Source: Octopus bimaculoides (taxonomy: Eukaryota). Taken from it: a stretch of 64,000 bases of DNA. Every line of letters starts with the position of its first letter. Within the stretch, counting starts at the first letter, position 1. Position numbers and translations under genes: made by a program. The notes beneath the pieces were generated by a model. That model was not told the DNA's origin. It saw only the letters and a program-made list of their open reading frames with translations, and did no database searches. Positions 50,681-64,000 of the stretch are shown here, piece after piece. The stretch covers positions 55,041,885-55,105,884 of the forward strand of contig NC_068984.1 of NCBI RefSeq assembly GCF_001194135.2, written 5' to 3'.

Positions 50681-53098
50681 CCAACAATAATCACTATGCC
50701 TTGTCTTTTTGTTCCGACTACGTCGGCCTTCCGGAATTCTCTCTCAGTTTAAAACTGGTGTGACCTACAATGTTACAAAGGGGACCTTAAAAACATCAAC
50801 TGTGAGGGCATACAATGGACACACCAAGCAAGCAAAAGTAAAACAAAGCCACAGTTCTTTGAGGATTTTCAATCCTATGTAGATTTGATATCATTCCATC
50901 TCATTTTCTGCACCCACTTAATCGTGGGAGAACTGTGTGGGGAGGGACCTCAAGTATGCCTTCTCTATGATAAATTTAAATATAAAATAATGCGTGGTAA
51001 ATATAGTAAAGAAAAAGCGAAAATATGTGCTGCATAAACACGAAAACATTTTCCTACAAAACGAAATCTTATGTGAAATACTGTTAGTAGTGAATAAGTT
51101 AATTTGTGTTAAAACATAACACAATAGTTACTACACCATATAAAAGCATAGACATACCCAATGGACACAAAATAGTCGTCTCATAAAAAAAAGTTTTAAT
51201 TTGGTAACTAAAGATATTATAAATCCGAACGGATGAATTTGGATTTGATTTGATCAGCTTGTTCTGATAGTGTTTATATGTTGGTCATTTAGGGTTGAAT
51301 TGTATATATTATATTGATCCAAGAGTGATGCAATGCAGGAACAGTTAAGAGATTTTATTTATTTAGTTATATTTCTAGTATAAACTTTGAATAACTGTAC
51401 AGGAATCTCTTAGCTAAACCTATCTCTACGCCTAAGATAACGATGTGGCTAACCACAACAGCAGCATATTATAGTTGATTAACTTAAAATCGTATATTAG
51501 ATAAAATCATTACATTGATCGTTTGAAACTAATTCTTCTCTTTCAGAGTATGTGGACCGAACCGACCGACTTATTTTTTGCTTTGTTTTCTTTTACGATT
51601 CTTAAGATTTGTGGTCTTGCATCTCGTTTTCTTGATTTTATGAGTGATGTTTAGTCGATGAATAGCAAAATCTAATCTGAGAGGGCTTAAATTAAATGCT
51701 GTGTTAAAGCCCAGCATTGCTTAGAGCAACGGCGAAGTTGATGACAATAATGAAAACGGAAACCCATATAATAAAACCGAACGGTATCAAGATAATGTAC
51801 TGAAGCTGCCAAGTATGTCGTTGTCTGTGAAAGCAATGTATTATACTTTTCTAGACTTTTTCGCCTCCTTTGTTTTAAACGCTGAGGTTTTTCGTATTAG
51901 TGCCCTTCAGTTTCAGTGACGTTGTTATTAGGCAGATGATAATTGTAGAGCTTGAATGATTGCTACTGTTCGTTCCAATATTTATGGTCTATTGTGTATT
52001 GAGAAAGGCGTTGACGTTGCCATCCTTGATGATTTTTGTTGTTGTTGTTGATTTTTCTGTTATTTCCCTTTTACTTTTCATCTGCCCAGTTCGAATTCCA
52101 CCTCTTTCTTCGATATTTTCTTTCCCAAAAGAAGATTTGCCCTGAGTACTTTATAAACAAAATCTATTTTGCATTAACCACGATTCTCTTAACAGTGAAT
52201 ATTACCTATGTAAGGTACCTTCTTATACCCAAATTAGGAGCAATTTTTATTACTTCAATTTCTTCCTTTTAGTTCCATTCATGGTAACGAAAAATGCGCG
52301 GGAATAAATAAGTTGGCAATGTTATTAGTTGAGTGCTGTATGAATTATTGTTGTTCGTACTGTTGATGCTAAAACGAATTTTTGCTCATAAGAAAGAAAA
52401 AGAACTACTTACTACCTAATATTGTGCTAGTAAATATAAAGGCAGAGACCAAAATAATATGAACAAAAGGCTCAGATAGAATCCCATTTTAATTGGGCGT
52501 TTCACCGAGTTAAATTGCAATCAATATTTTGTGATTGTATGACAGCTGTAATTTCCTAAATATCAGGCCTACTACAAAATAAGTCGCTACAGACTGATGT
52601 CGACTATTAACAAGCCAAGACCGACAAATAAATCAATAGAATTCTTGGCGCACATTCAGATAACGTTGTTTTTACCATATTCATAGAGCCAATTCCAGCA
52701 GTAGTTCTTGTTTTTAGGAACCACTCCGAAGTTTTCGTTCTTGTTATTAACAGCAACAATCGTGGAAGCGATAACATGATAACAAAACTACTGCAATATG
52801 AAGGATGTCACTGGTAAAGATGGTAGTTCTCTGACATTTCCGGCCACTGTTTCAGACAGTTCTTAAGCTCACAGAATTGATTTTTGATAGATTGTTTTTC
52901 CTTCATAGAATACACTTTGTTTCCACAAGTAGAAATACATACGTATGATATATACCGGCATAAACACACACACATACAGACATACGCACAAAAATATCAA
53001 ATACAAATATATAATACAAAAATATCTATAAGCAAAAATGTATAGACATCTCTCTCTCTCTTCCACCCTCTCTCTCTCTTCCCCCTTCTCTCTCTTCC

Positions 53099-53906
53099 NN
53101 NNNNNNNNNNNNNNNNNNNNNNNNNNNNNNNNNNNNNNNNNNNNNNNNNNNNNNNNNNNNNNNNNNNNNNNNNNNNNNNNNNNNNNNNNNNNNNNNNNNN
53201 NNNNNNNNNNNNNNNNNNNNNNNNNNNNNNNNNNNNNNNNNNNNNNNNNNNNNNNNNNNNNNNNNNNNNNNNNNNNNNNNNNNNNNNNNNNNNNNNNNNN
53301 NNNNNNNNNNNNNNNNNNNNNNNNNNNNNNNNNNNNNNNNNNNNNNNNNNNNNNNNNNNNNNNNNNNNNNNNNNNNNNNNNNNNNNNNNNNNNNNNNNNN
53401 NNNNNNNNNNNNNNNNNNNNNNNNNNNNNNNNNNNNNNNNNNNNNNNNNNNNNNNNNNNNNNNNNNNNNNNNNNNNNNNNNNNNNNNNNNNNNNNNNNNN
53501 NNNNNNNNNNNNNNNNNNNNNNNNNNNNNNNNNNNNNNNNNNNNNNNNNNNNNNNNNNNNNNNNNNNNNNNNNNNNNNNNNNNNNNNNNNNNNNNNNNNN
53601 NNNNNNNNNNNNNNNNNNNNNNNNNNNNNNNNNNNNNNNNNNNNNNNNNNNNNNNNNNNNNNNNNNNNNNNNNNNNNNNNNNNNNNNNNNNNNNNNNNNN
53701 NNNNNNNNNNNNNNNNNNNNNNNNNNNNNNNNNNNNNNNNNNNNNNNNNNNNNNNNNNNNNNNNNNNNNNNNNNNNNNNNNNNNNNNNNNNNNNNNNNNN
53801 NNNNNNNNNNNNNNNNNNNNNNNNNNNNNNNNNNNNNNNNNNNNNNNNNNNNNNNNNNNNNNNNNNNNNNNNNNNNNNNNNNNNNNNNNNNNNNNNNNNN
53901 NNNNNN
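53099..53906. other. Assembly gap
   Basis: N-run between (CT)n and (TA)n tracts. Confidence 0.99.
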
Positions 53907-53948
<42 letters not shown>

Positions 53949-54184
53949 GTATATATACACATATGTATACGCAAATCTATATACATAATATGTATATGAA
54001 GGTTAATATCGATAACCTACAGCTTAAAGTTTCGCGTTTGGTCGCTTTAGTAACATGCTATATATAAATCTCTATAAGTAAATTTTTATATGTGAGCATA
54101 ATTGCATGTTTGTGTGTGTATAAAGACTTCGTGTAATGAAATATAATTCTAAATAAATGTTACTGTAACTAAAATGTCCCTATC

Positions 54185-54260
54185 ACTGCATATATACATA
54201 CATACATACATAAACACATATATGTATATACATGCATACCTAAACATGCAAGCACACACA

Positions 54261-54320
<60 letters not shown>

Positions 54321-54420
54321 AACACAAACACACACACACACACACACACACACGTATTCACATACACGTGTGTGTATGCGTGAATTTATGCATGTATGTA
54401 TGTATATACGTATGTATGTT
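54185..54420. repeat. Compound (TA)/(CA)/(TATG) microsatellite
   Basis: Visible repeats. Confidence 0.92.
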
Positions 54421-55232
54421 ACAAAACCGATAGAATAATTAAAAAATTAATTATTTGTTATTAAACTCTATATATATTATTCTCCAAAGGCTTTTTTGAT
54501 ATATTTTAAGAGCTTTAAGATTGAATGCACTTCGTTGTATCGTTTTAAATTGATTTAATTTTGTTAGATGCAAATCAACATTTCCTTTGTTCTGCATATT
54601 CATATACTGAAGTGAATTCAGTATATTACTCGAACATAGTTAGTTGATCATGACTATGTATCCCTACACCCTTGAAATATTCTGCGGTTTCACACAGCAA
54701 AGAGTCTTGAAATTAGATTTAATAAAATTTCTTTTTATGAAATATGGTATTCACCATTTTCAATAAAGATCATTATTTTTTGTTTGCATAAATAATTTCC
54801 CTCTCTAAAGAAATTTTCTTTTTCTAAAATTCTTAAGAAAATTAAGGTGTCGGGAGGTGTCTGTATGCGTTTCACGATATTTAGAAAAGCAAATCGCTGC
54901 TGCAATATTTTGTGCTAAAATCATTTTGGGCACCTCTGCTCGAGAGTTACTAAGAATTTATCTCGCGAGTAATATTTCATGTTGATATACTAGGTACTTT
55001 TCGGACACCTTGGTGACAACAAACAGCTACGTTTCGCTTCCATTTCTAAGTGATGAGCGCGAATTTCTAGAGGTATACTAGAATCAGAACTTTTCCCCTG
55101 GAAAAACGCAGATACATGACTTAACAACATAATTCAGTCATTTGTTTTGATTCAATACTTAAGATGTGCTTCATTCATCGACTTGCTAGTAATTGAATTC
55201 AGGACTCAAAGGGCTGTCAGTAAATACTATCA

Positions 55233-55374
55233 TACATTTTATTCAGTGTTCTAACAGTTTAACCAGTCCCCTGCCTGAAGAGTATAACGCAAATAAACAT
55301 GCGCCCAGGTTTATTTGCGTTATACTCTTCAGGCAGGGGACTGGTTAAACTGTTAGAACACTGAATAAAATGTA
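55233..55374. repeat. Perfect inverted repeat: 66-bp arms, 10-nt loop
   Basis: 55233-55298 is the exact reverse complement of 55309-55374; loop ATGCGCCCAG. Confidence 0.97.
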
Positions 55375-55569
55375 GAATTCGCACGGCGTCGACGATAAGT
55401 ATTCGGTTTTTCGATCAATTGAAACCTACTGCATCAATTAGTATGTAAATTGTATACTACTCCAAAGATTCGTTTACTCTGAATGTAAATACCAAGCAAA
55501 AAATGAGCAAGGCAATGCGTGACAAAACTGGACCTTTGAATGACAGATACAATCTATTACACGGACAGC

Positions 55570-55700
55570 TGAACATTCTCCGCATTCTAACCAATTGCAT
55601 TCACAAGGCTTAAATCCACCTTGAAATTATGATAAATGACACTTGCAGAAAATGCCGCGTGCTGCGATTGAACCCGAAACAACGCGATGGCGAACATATT
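55570..55700 (-). mobile_element. Decayed family C SINE head
   Basis: ATTCACAAGGCTT...GACACTTGC...ATGCCGCG...GATTGAACCCGAAAC. Confidence 0.55.
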
Positions 55701-58449
55701 AACTATTTTACTATAGAGAATAGATAAGTGATATGCCAACGCTGAGGTGGTGTCTTATAAAATGCAAGCGAATTTCTAGTGTCATGTTATAACAGACTGT
55801 ATATTATCAATGACAAAAATAATTTATGATACCTGAAAACACTCAAATATTTCATTTTTGCACTCAGTGTATCAGAAATACCCAGTTTGTTTTTTATTTA
55901 ACAAAAAACAAAAGAAGAAAATGATTTAGCATATTTAGTTTGAGAAATACAAGTCATAACTCCAGTTTTGTTCCCGCTATCAGGAACATTCAGTTAAGAG
56001 GTAATATTTGCTAACATGAATTATCATGTTGTTGCTGTAATCATTGTTCTTGTTGCTTCCCCAGAACGTTCTTCATCGAGTTCATCTTTGATCAAAAGAC
56101 TCCATTCAAAACTAACCCAACATTGTGTTTGTGTGTGTGTGTGTGGGTGTGTGTGTGTGCGAGCGCGCGTGCGCGTATGAATGGGTGTGTGCGAGCGCGC
56201 GTGCGCGTATGAATGGGTGTGCGCGAGTGTATGTAGGCGGGGCTACACTGTTACATACAGCACTCCTTTACTAACATATCAGAGTGCGATGAAGGAACTT
56301 CACAGGTATTTCATGACAGTCGAAGGACCAAACAGATGCTGCCTTCTTCACTACTTTACATTATATTTCGCAATATCTCCGGAAAGGTTTATACTGGAAG
56401 AAAATTATTTTCCTGTTTACTTTGTTAACAAGATGAAATATTCATTACAAACAAGCAAATGAATTGAGTATTTGGTATTTTACAGGTACTGTGAAGTGTA
56501 CTGAAATTATTTGTTGTTACTGCTTTCAATTATCGAAAGGTTCATTGAATTAGAATAAACATTTCAAAACCCCGATTTATTAATCTAACTAGTCAACATC
56601 GTTTTCATAGACCTTCACTAGCTGGAAACGCGATTTACATCTCACCTGAAGAAAATTCAGATTCATGAAACACCTAGTTTCATCTAACTTCCTATTCTCC
56701 GCATAATCTATTCTGAAAGAAGAAACGACAAAAAGTTTCAAGAAATATTTTCTGTTGAAAAATACGTACACTGTGCAGTCAAGTCTCAGGAGATTACCTC
56801 TAATTCTGAATAATGTGATTCGCCTTCCTCAAAAAAATTCGTACGTTTCATTTGTCTTACATAGGTTTGACCACATGTTTATTGGCTTAGAATATTTTCA
56901 GTGCTGTGATAGGTAATTTACATCATTTTAAAGTCGTGTTGTTGAAGATTCATTAAGCCAATTTTAATTGTCGTTCAATTCCTGAGAGATAATTCCATTC
57001 AGCAGGTCTTTCTAAATCATTCAATTTGTGTACGACACTATTTTGCTTCAATCTCTCAGCTGGATTTTCAAGACTGAATTTCAATAATTCTTTTCATTAT
57101 CCTCTTATGCAAGCATTCTCGATTAACCTACTGCTGTTTTCTTTATGTTCAACCTCCCTGGGCTAGATTATCGCATATTGAATGTTATATGCAGAAAATT
57201 TACCCTCAAATGTTAATTATCTTTTAATGGTGACCTCGAAGAAAATATTGTGCAGTGTGAATTGTAATGGTTGAAAAATTATTTGCTCACTGGAAATATT
57301 CTTGAATTTAACTTTATCAAAATGTGAAAGTGCCCATATATGCTGGTTGGAAAAGCATCAAACCATCCTCAATATTTGTTTAATACATTTTTGAATAATT
57401 CACCGTGTACGAGTTGAAAGACATCACTTAAGGCTAAATAAACACTACTCATTTATACAATAATTCCATTCTGATAGAATACAAGCCATGTGACTGGTAG
57501 ATAAGAAAATACGATCAATTTAACTAGCTTTCATATTCAGTACCAATGTTAAGAATAAGAAACAAATATATAATTTCAGAGCTTTTTCGAAGCATTATGA
57601 AAGTGCTTTAACTAAATAAAGAGCTTGAGATATAATGATATTTTAGATGTATACAATTGTATTTTAAAAGGCAGCGGGGACAACGGAATGTAGGATTGAA
57701 CATGTCGATTCATTTGACCGTTAATTTTTCGAATACATTTTGTTTCCTGCCGAATAAAATAAATCTCATAAAGGTAAGGGTCGTCCAAACTCGTAACCTG
57801 CCAACATCAGAAATATTTTGCTTGAAATCTCTCCCAGCTTCTCGAAAACTAAAATATACAGCGAATGTAGTAAATTCTCTTTCAAGTCATGTAAGATATT
57901 CGTTTCCTTTCAGTAAAACCGCTTCCATATTTGCTTATTTTATGTACTGCCTTTGATATCTTAAAAGCGTATCAAACATCCATACTATTTGTAATCCTGC
58001 TTCTATATGTGGCTTAAGTCTCAATAAAACATGAATAACAAATTCACATGTTGTGAATAATTAACAACACCTCCAGACTTTAGAGTAGCATTTGAATAAG
58101 TTTTGAATAATGAAGATCCTTTACGTTTCTTATTGAATCAAATATATTATAAAAGAACTGTTCTATATTGATATTTTCCTGTGGTGATATCCGTTAGAAT
58201 TTATGAAGTACAACGCATAATTTTAAATAAGACAAGTAGCACGAAAATACATCAAAAGACTTATACAGAAATATGAACAATATTTTATAAGTAGTTTTTT
58301 TATTATTAACAAGTTATGGATAGTCAATTATATCATCCAGTCTATAACTTAAAAGAAGAGAATAACTGCGTTTTGTTGCAATAACCTGACTTTATCATAA
58401 CCCAAAAATTCTCAAATAATAATGGCAATTCTGGACGTTACTCTCTCGT

Positions 58450-58685
58450 GTCCTAGCACTCTTAGGGCCAGTTGCCCGATTTCCATGGGGGTTTAAGTAA
58501 CCGATAACAAAACTTTCTCCTTGAACGAGACGCTAGTTCGTCGCAGGGTTGTTCATTTAGAGCTGTGTGAACTTCTGCAACGTGGAATGAAATATTTTGC
58601 TAAAGAACGTGAGACACTGATCGACCTTGGAATTGAAATCACGATCGCATTATTGTGAGAGAAATATCGTAACCACTAGATCATG
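58450..58685 (-). mobile_element. Decayed tRNA-headed SINE
   Basis: Reversed head (GAATTGAAATCACGATC...TAACCACTAG), CGCAGGGTT body motif. Confidence 0.55.
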
Positions 58686-60468
58686 ATCCTTCACTCACTA
58701 TAATAAGACGAGAAATAAAACTCTGATAAAATTGATTATTTAATAATAGAAATGATTGGTGTAAGTTTGAGAGGTAATTTACATGCTCATTTCGAGTTTG
58801 ATTTTTGTTCTACATGGTATACTTTTATTGTTTGAATGAATTTATGCTTGAAACATAGTACAGAAGCCTTTTGAATTTATAGAATTGGAAATAATCCGAT
58901 GAAAATACTCTTTGGAGAATGCTTTAATGATTTCAGCGGTCCTGAAATTTCAAACTTGTCGTGTGAAATAAACAATTTTTTGGTAAGGTACGTGTTATGG
59001 CACATGATGCTGCTTACAAAGTTTTGCATACTTCGAAGTCAGTTTAGGAGGTGTGTTTTGTTCTAGCTCATTTTCATTGAAAAAGATTACATGGATTTTC
59101 GTTGAAAATATCAAACTACGGAAAACGAATTTCAATCCATGTAGCTATATTTTACTTTTCAATTTCACAATAGTTCTGATTTGTGGAGCACACGTGTAAA
59201 CACACTCAAACACACGCGTGCACACGCGCACACATACACACACATGCACACACACACACACACACACACGCACTCCCCACACACACATACGCCCCACCCC
59301 ACACATATAAATGCTTATGCATAAAATCTAACATCGGTTAACACGTTAGGTGTAGAAATTGTGTAGGAAGAAAGAATTGATGACAATTCTGGTTTAGAGT
59401 TGCAGCATCCTTGTATTATATCTAAAGCAATATTCTTTAACTTCACCTTCTAAGAGCACCTTTGCATATCACATATCTTCAACATATATTCATATATTTT
59501 CTGTTATAGAATCCGATAGCTAATATATTGGAAAGAAGAGAAAACTGTTATTTTCTTCAGATATTTCTAGTAAATCACCTGAGCCAAGATAATATATCTG
59601 TTGTGTGTGTGTCTTAATCTTGTTCATGTGAAAATGCTATTACTCGACGTCTATAGCATTCAAAGGAACGATTCAATTCATAACAAGAAAATTACGTTCC
59701 CAACGAGTAATAAAGCGTCAAATATTCCTATTTACTGGTACATGAACAAAACCAAATATTTCCCCTAGAGATACACTTACAGAACGTAAGTTTAAAGGAA
59801 ATAATGATAAAGTAGCCCATTAAATTGATGTACGTACGTCCAAATTCTCGCAGAAATTTTATATTTTGAAATAAAGAGACTGAATATCAAATTCCTGCTA
59901 CAATTCCCCTTTGTATCATTGTCACGATATTAAAAAGAGAAAGTATATGGAAAGGAAAAGCGAATTCAATGTACTCAAAAAGTAGTGCTTTGGGCAACAA
60001 CACATCACAAATCTATTTGATTCGCTACATCTCCTGAAGAATACATTTTCAATATTAGAATTAGCAAATAGAAACGCTATAATTATTACTTAAGAGTACA
60101 GCCAATTTCAAATAAAAGCTGCTTGTTTGCCTTGACAATTTTCTGCTTTGGTAAAAATTAATGCATTTGCTATGTGACTAGCTGACTACTCTAACCAACA
60201 AATGTAGGCAAAACAAGACAAGGCACGACACAAATAAGAAATTGTTTGAATAGTTACTTGTCATACGCTGTTTTTAGATTTTTTAAAATTTTGAATAATT
60301 TAATTCTTTTTTTCTAGTTAAGTTTAAGCACTTTACAATCTATTATTCTCTGAATTTGTTAGTTTTCGTCATGAATGAAAACCAAAAGATTTCGTCGCAT
60401 AAATTTGCAAAAATAAAAGCAACTTACAATTTTGAATATAAAGACTTTAAATTTATGTTCGTGCTGCA

Positions 60469-60473
<5 letters not shown>

Positions 60474-60554
<81 letters not shown>

Positions 60555-60602
60555 CATGGTGTGTGTGTGTGTGTGTTCGTGTTTGTGCGTGTGTGTGTAT
60601 GT
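60474..60602. repeat. (TA)n then (TG)n microsatellite
   Basis: Visible repeats. Confidence 0.96.
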
Positions 60603-60740
60603 GTCATTGTATCTGTGATTCTTCACCTCCCGCGTTTGATAACCAGCGTTTGGCTTATTTACATGCCAGTAACATAGTGGTTCAGCAAAAGGATTAACAG
60701 ATTAAGTAGCAAATGGTATATTCAGTCAGATTTCATTCGA
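60603..60740 (+). mobile_element. Decayed 3' half of a family C SINE
   Basis: GTTTGATAACCAG..TTGGCTTATTTACATGCCAGTAAC.TAGTGGTTCAGCAAAAG resembles 22800-22850. Confidence 0.55.
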
Positions 60741-60899
60741 TTTCCTATGTTTTCTGCTAGGATTATCTCCAGTAACTTTAGTTATAAATGCACGTGAGAT
60801 TGCAGACTCAATTCTTCCTCAAGTCACTTCAGACCGTCGAATGAAAACAAGAATCACATTGAATGAAATAGCCCTAAATTTTTTCATCCATTTTCATTT

Positions 60900-61110
60900 C
60901 CGCCACCGAGTACTCCTGGGTGGTGGTTGTGGGTTTAGAACTCTCGTGTACCTCCTCCATAGGTTCTGCTTAGAAACAAGCGCCTTTAAACTTTCTGACT
61001 GGATTCCCAAGCTTTACCATCTGAGACTACGGATATTGCCCAAGCATCTTCCCTTTGGTCTACCACCAGGTCTCCTGCTACTTAACACTACACGAAGAAT
61101 GTCTCACTAT
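60900..61110 (-). mobile_element. RTE (Expander/Rex3-like) ORF2 C-terminal remnant
   Basis: Minus translation RRPGGRPKGRCLGNI..LRW*SLGIQSESL.......LWRRY...LNPQPPP follows the RPRGRPRTRW..LAW..LGI...LPPRP pattern. Confidence 0.65.
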
Positions 61111-62935
61111 TGTCTCACTATTGTCTCCTATACACCCTCTCCTTTTGCTTTATTGTAGAGTTCCTTTGGAGAAACCCCATCCCGGCTGCTTCTATGCGAC
61201 TGTACTCTTCTGGTAACTACCCATCATTCACGACCATAAATGAGGGCTCATAGGTGGTATGTCTTTGATCATAAGACTGACGGCTTGGCTGACGTAGCTA
61301 TGGCTATACATTAACACTGTCTTTGTGAATGCATTGTGGATGCATTATGTTAATGCAGCTTAATAGATCGGCTCTTAGATTGAGTACTACATAATGAAGA
61401 ATGAAAAAACTAACATCTGTTACAGTGTCAGTGACTGAGTCTTCCACAAAAGCGTATACAATTTACAAAGATCTGGAATAGAATCAGCATTATATTGTCA
61501 ATGATGTTCTTTTAAACTAAAGCGATGGTCTTGGTTCAACACGAGAAATCCCTCTGTGTCGTGCAGGAGTATCGAACTGGAGAGCCCAGTTTTGGAAAAC
61601 AAGCTTCTTTTCTATGCAATGTCTTCGCTAAAGGTAATTTACTCCATAATATAAATACTGCATCGCATTTGTGAATGTAGGAGATAGTTCATATTACTTA
61701 TGGACACTTTTCTTTGTTATTGAATTTTTAACTAGCCAATCTCGGTGATAGTATATTTCTAAATTAAATTAATAGTTTACCGGGCATATTGTGGTTTGAT
61801 ACGTATTTATCTTTATCTTATGCAGTTGGAATAATCTACTGGTTTTTCTCTCTCACAACACGAAGTCAATAAATTCGACGATTTTAATATATGCATTTTT
61901 GTAACGATGAACAATGCGATTTCTGGAATTTTTACTCAAACGATTGCTCATACAAAAATACATACTTATTTTCAAAATCTATGTTTAAAATGATTGAGAA
62001 TTAAATTTTCTCAAAACATTCTTCTGAAATATTTTGAAATATTTTGTTTTCATTCTAATTTCTTCAGAGTTTATCTAATGCAGTGCTGTATCCTACAACA
62101 GAAAGACATTTCCTCAGTAAACTGATTTATATTTGTATTTTATAAAATAAATTTGTTTTCATCATTTATCATGAAACTCACATTTGTAAGGAACGTGATA
62201 ACAGCCTGTTCATTGCTAAGTATCATTACAAGGCGATATGGTCAATATTATTTAATACATATAGGTATTCTGATAGGTTACTGTTTAGAAGGAACAACTG
62301 CACTGTAATTTCGCTTCACTGACAGTACGAATAAACTTCATATTCGCAGCTTGTGTGTATTACCCAAAGATATGTTCACCTCTACAGTGCCACTCTTAAT
62401 GCTGAAGCATGTCATATCTGGGACTGAACACTCAACTAACCTATCTTCTTTCTGCTATCATAATATAAAACACTAAGCACACTCATACGCTTACAAACAT
62501 ACAAACTCCCACCCACACACACGTACGCAAAAACATATATATGTAACTATATACGGATATGGATACGTCAGTTTATGCACGTATGTGTGTGTGTGTGTGC
62601 GTGTGTAGATGGAAAGATAGCTTCGTAGATAGATTAATGTGTTTATATATATAGGAAGGGAGAGTGAGAGGGAGGGAGGGAGAGAGAGAGAGAAATTCAA
62701 CTGTTGTAATCCCTTAATGAATAAGGAATAGTGTGTACATGTAGATTGTATTATGTACTTAAACAGAATTTTCTTTCTCTCACAACTCAAGTTTCACACC
62801 ACTGCAGGCTTCAGGCGAGAACTGTTTCACTTACAGTTCATTTGAATTCATTATTTATTGATTAAGCAGAACATTATTTTATTGGTTGTTTTCTAATATT
62901 AACTTGAGATTTTTATTGTCATCATTATTATTGTT

Positions 62936-63100
62936 ATGCGTAGCGGTATTTCCCTCGTCTTTAAGTTCTGAGTTCAAATTCCACCAAGGCGACTTTGCCT
63001 TCCAGCCTTTCGAATTCGATAAAATAAGTACTAATTGAGCACTGGGTTCGATGTAATCGACTTACCTACTTCTGTGACAAAATTCAAAACGCTTATTATT
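62936..63100 (+). mobile_element. Family A SINE with partly deleted head
   Basis: TAGCGGTATTTC...GTTCTGAGTTCAAATTCC...GACTTTGCCTT...TCGATAAAATAAGTAC...TCGATGTAATCGACTTACC. Confidence 0.8.
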
Positions 63101-63639
63101 ATTGTTATTATAGCTTTTGTTATTTATTTGTGTTGAAAGTCAAAACTGATTAACATTTTCGTTGCTTGCATGCTGGTATTCTATTGTCCCCTTTAGTCAT
63201 TCACTATAATTCACATCACCACATTTTCTAATCTTTTGTTTATAGCCAGTTATCATTTGACAGATTGCTTTTACTGATTGTGTTGCTTCGAACTTTCTCA
63301 TAAATCGAAATCCGGTTTAATGCATGGTCATTGTATTTTTCTGATTGCGAATTTCGGTTCATTTGTATTATGTATATTTGTTTAAATTTCGCTTGAAATC
63401 TCTTTTTATTCTGAAGCAGTTTATTAGGCTTTGGCCAATATTCACTGGTCGCTTGCCACGGTTTCTCTTTTGTGCTGTTTATTTAATCTCAAGCCGACAA
63501 TTAGTTATTCTGTGTAGGTCTCTTATAAACTGTTTTGCTGAATGAATTTCTGCATATATTATATTTTAGTAGCTGTTCCGTCGTTTCATAGTCTGTTTCT
63601 ATTGCAAAGATCTTTTCTGCGTTTGGGAGATTTTGTATT

Positions 63640-63643
63640 TATC

Positions 63644-63678
<35 letters not shown>

Positions 63679-63715
63679 CTATCTATGCGCGCGCGCGTGC
63701 GTGTGTGTGTGTGTT
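63640..63715. repeat. (TATC)n, (CG)n, (TG)n compound repeat
   Basis: Visible repeats. Confidence 0.9.
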
Positions 63716-64000
63716 ACATGTATTATGCGATTATTCATAGTTAATATACTTGTGTGTAAAACGAGTTTTGCATTATTATTCTATTATGATAGATAACTTC
63801 ATAGAATAAATATAATTTGTTTAAATTACCATATAATTTAGATATAGCATGCAACACTACATTTAATCGGTTTTAAACACTTGTCATAGTGTATTGCTTG
63901 AAGCCACAGAACTGTACGAAAAATAGGACATATATAAACGCTAGAATAAATTAGCATCTTTTAAGTCTTTCATAAAGTTATAAATCTGGAACATAATTTT

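Noticed and set aside
51640-52860. Hydrophobic minus-strand stretches suggesting a GPCR pseudogene (DLFVGL, FWSLP, ALSNAGL)
   Set aside because: Motifs lie in different frames with many stops, and the spacing between the putative TM6 and TM7 is too short

Overview
AT-rich, largely non-coding eukaryotic DNA from a gapped assembly (7 N-runs, most flanked by microsatellites). The SINE families and dense (TA)/(CA)/(TAA) microsatellites match what I recognise from Octopus genomes; the species is an inference. The window is dominated by repeats: about 25 tRNA-derived SINE copies or fragments (several in tandem or inverted clusters), four decayed mariner transposons, a Tigger/pogo-type MITE, a piggyBac-type MITE, decayed RTE and CR1-group LINE fragments, and a probable LINE 5' end. 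No intact, recognisable protein-coding gene was found. The best gene-like signal is a pair of candidate + strand exons (350-584 and 1663 onward) whose intron holds a homeodomain-motif cluster. The most unusual structures are a perfect 66-bp-arm palindrome (55233-55374), a pre-miRNA-sized hairpin at the end of an RTE relic (38656-38730), a fold-back duplication of a LINE fragment (49160-49731), a locally amplified divergent SINE array (32611-33560) and an old ~19-bp minisatellite (19010-19810). I found no convincing novel multi-gene system.
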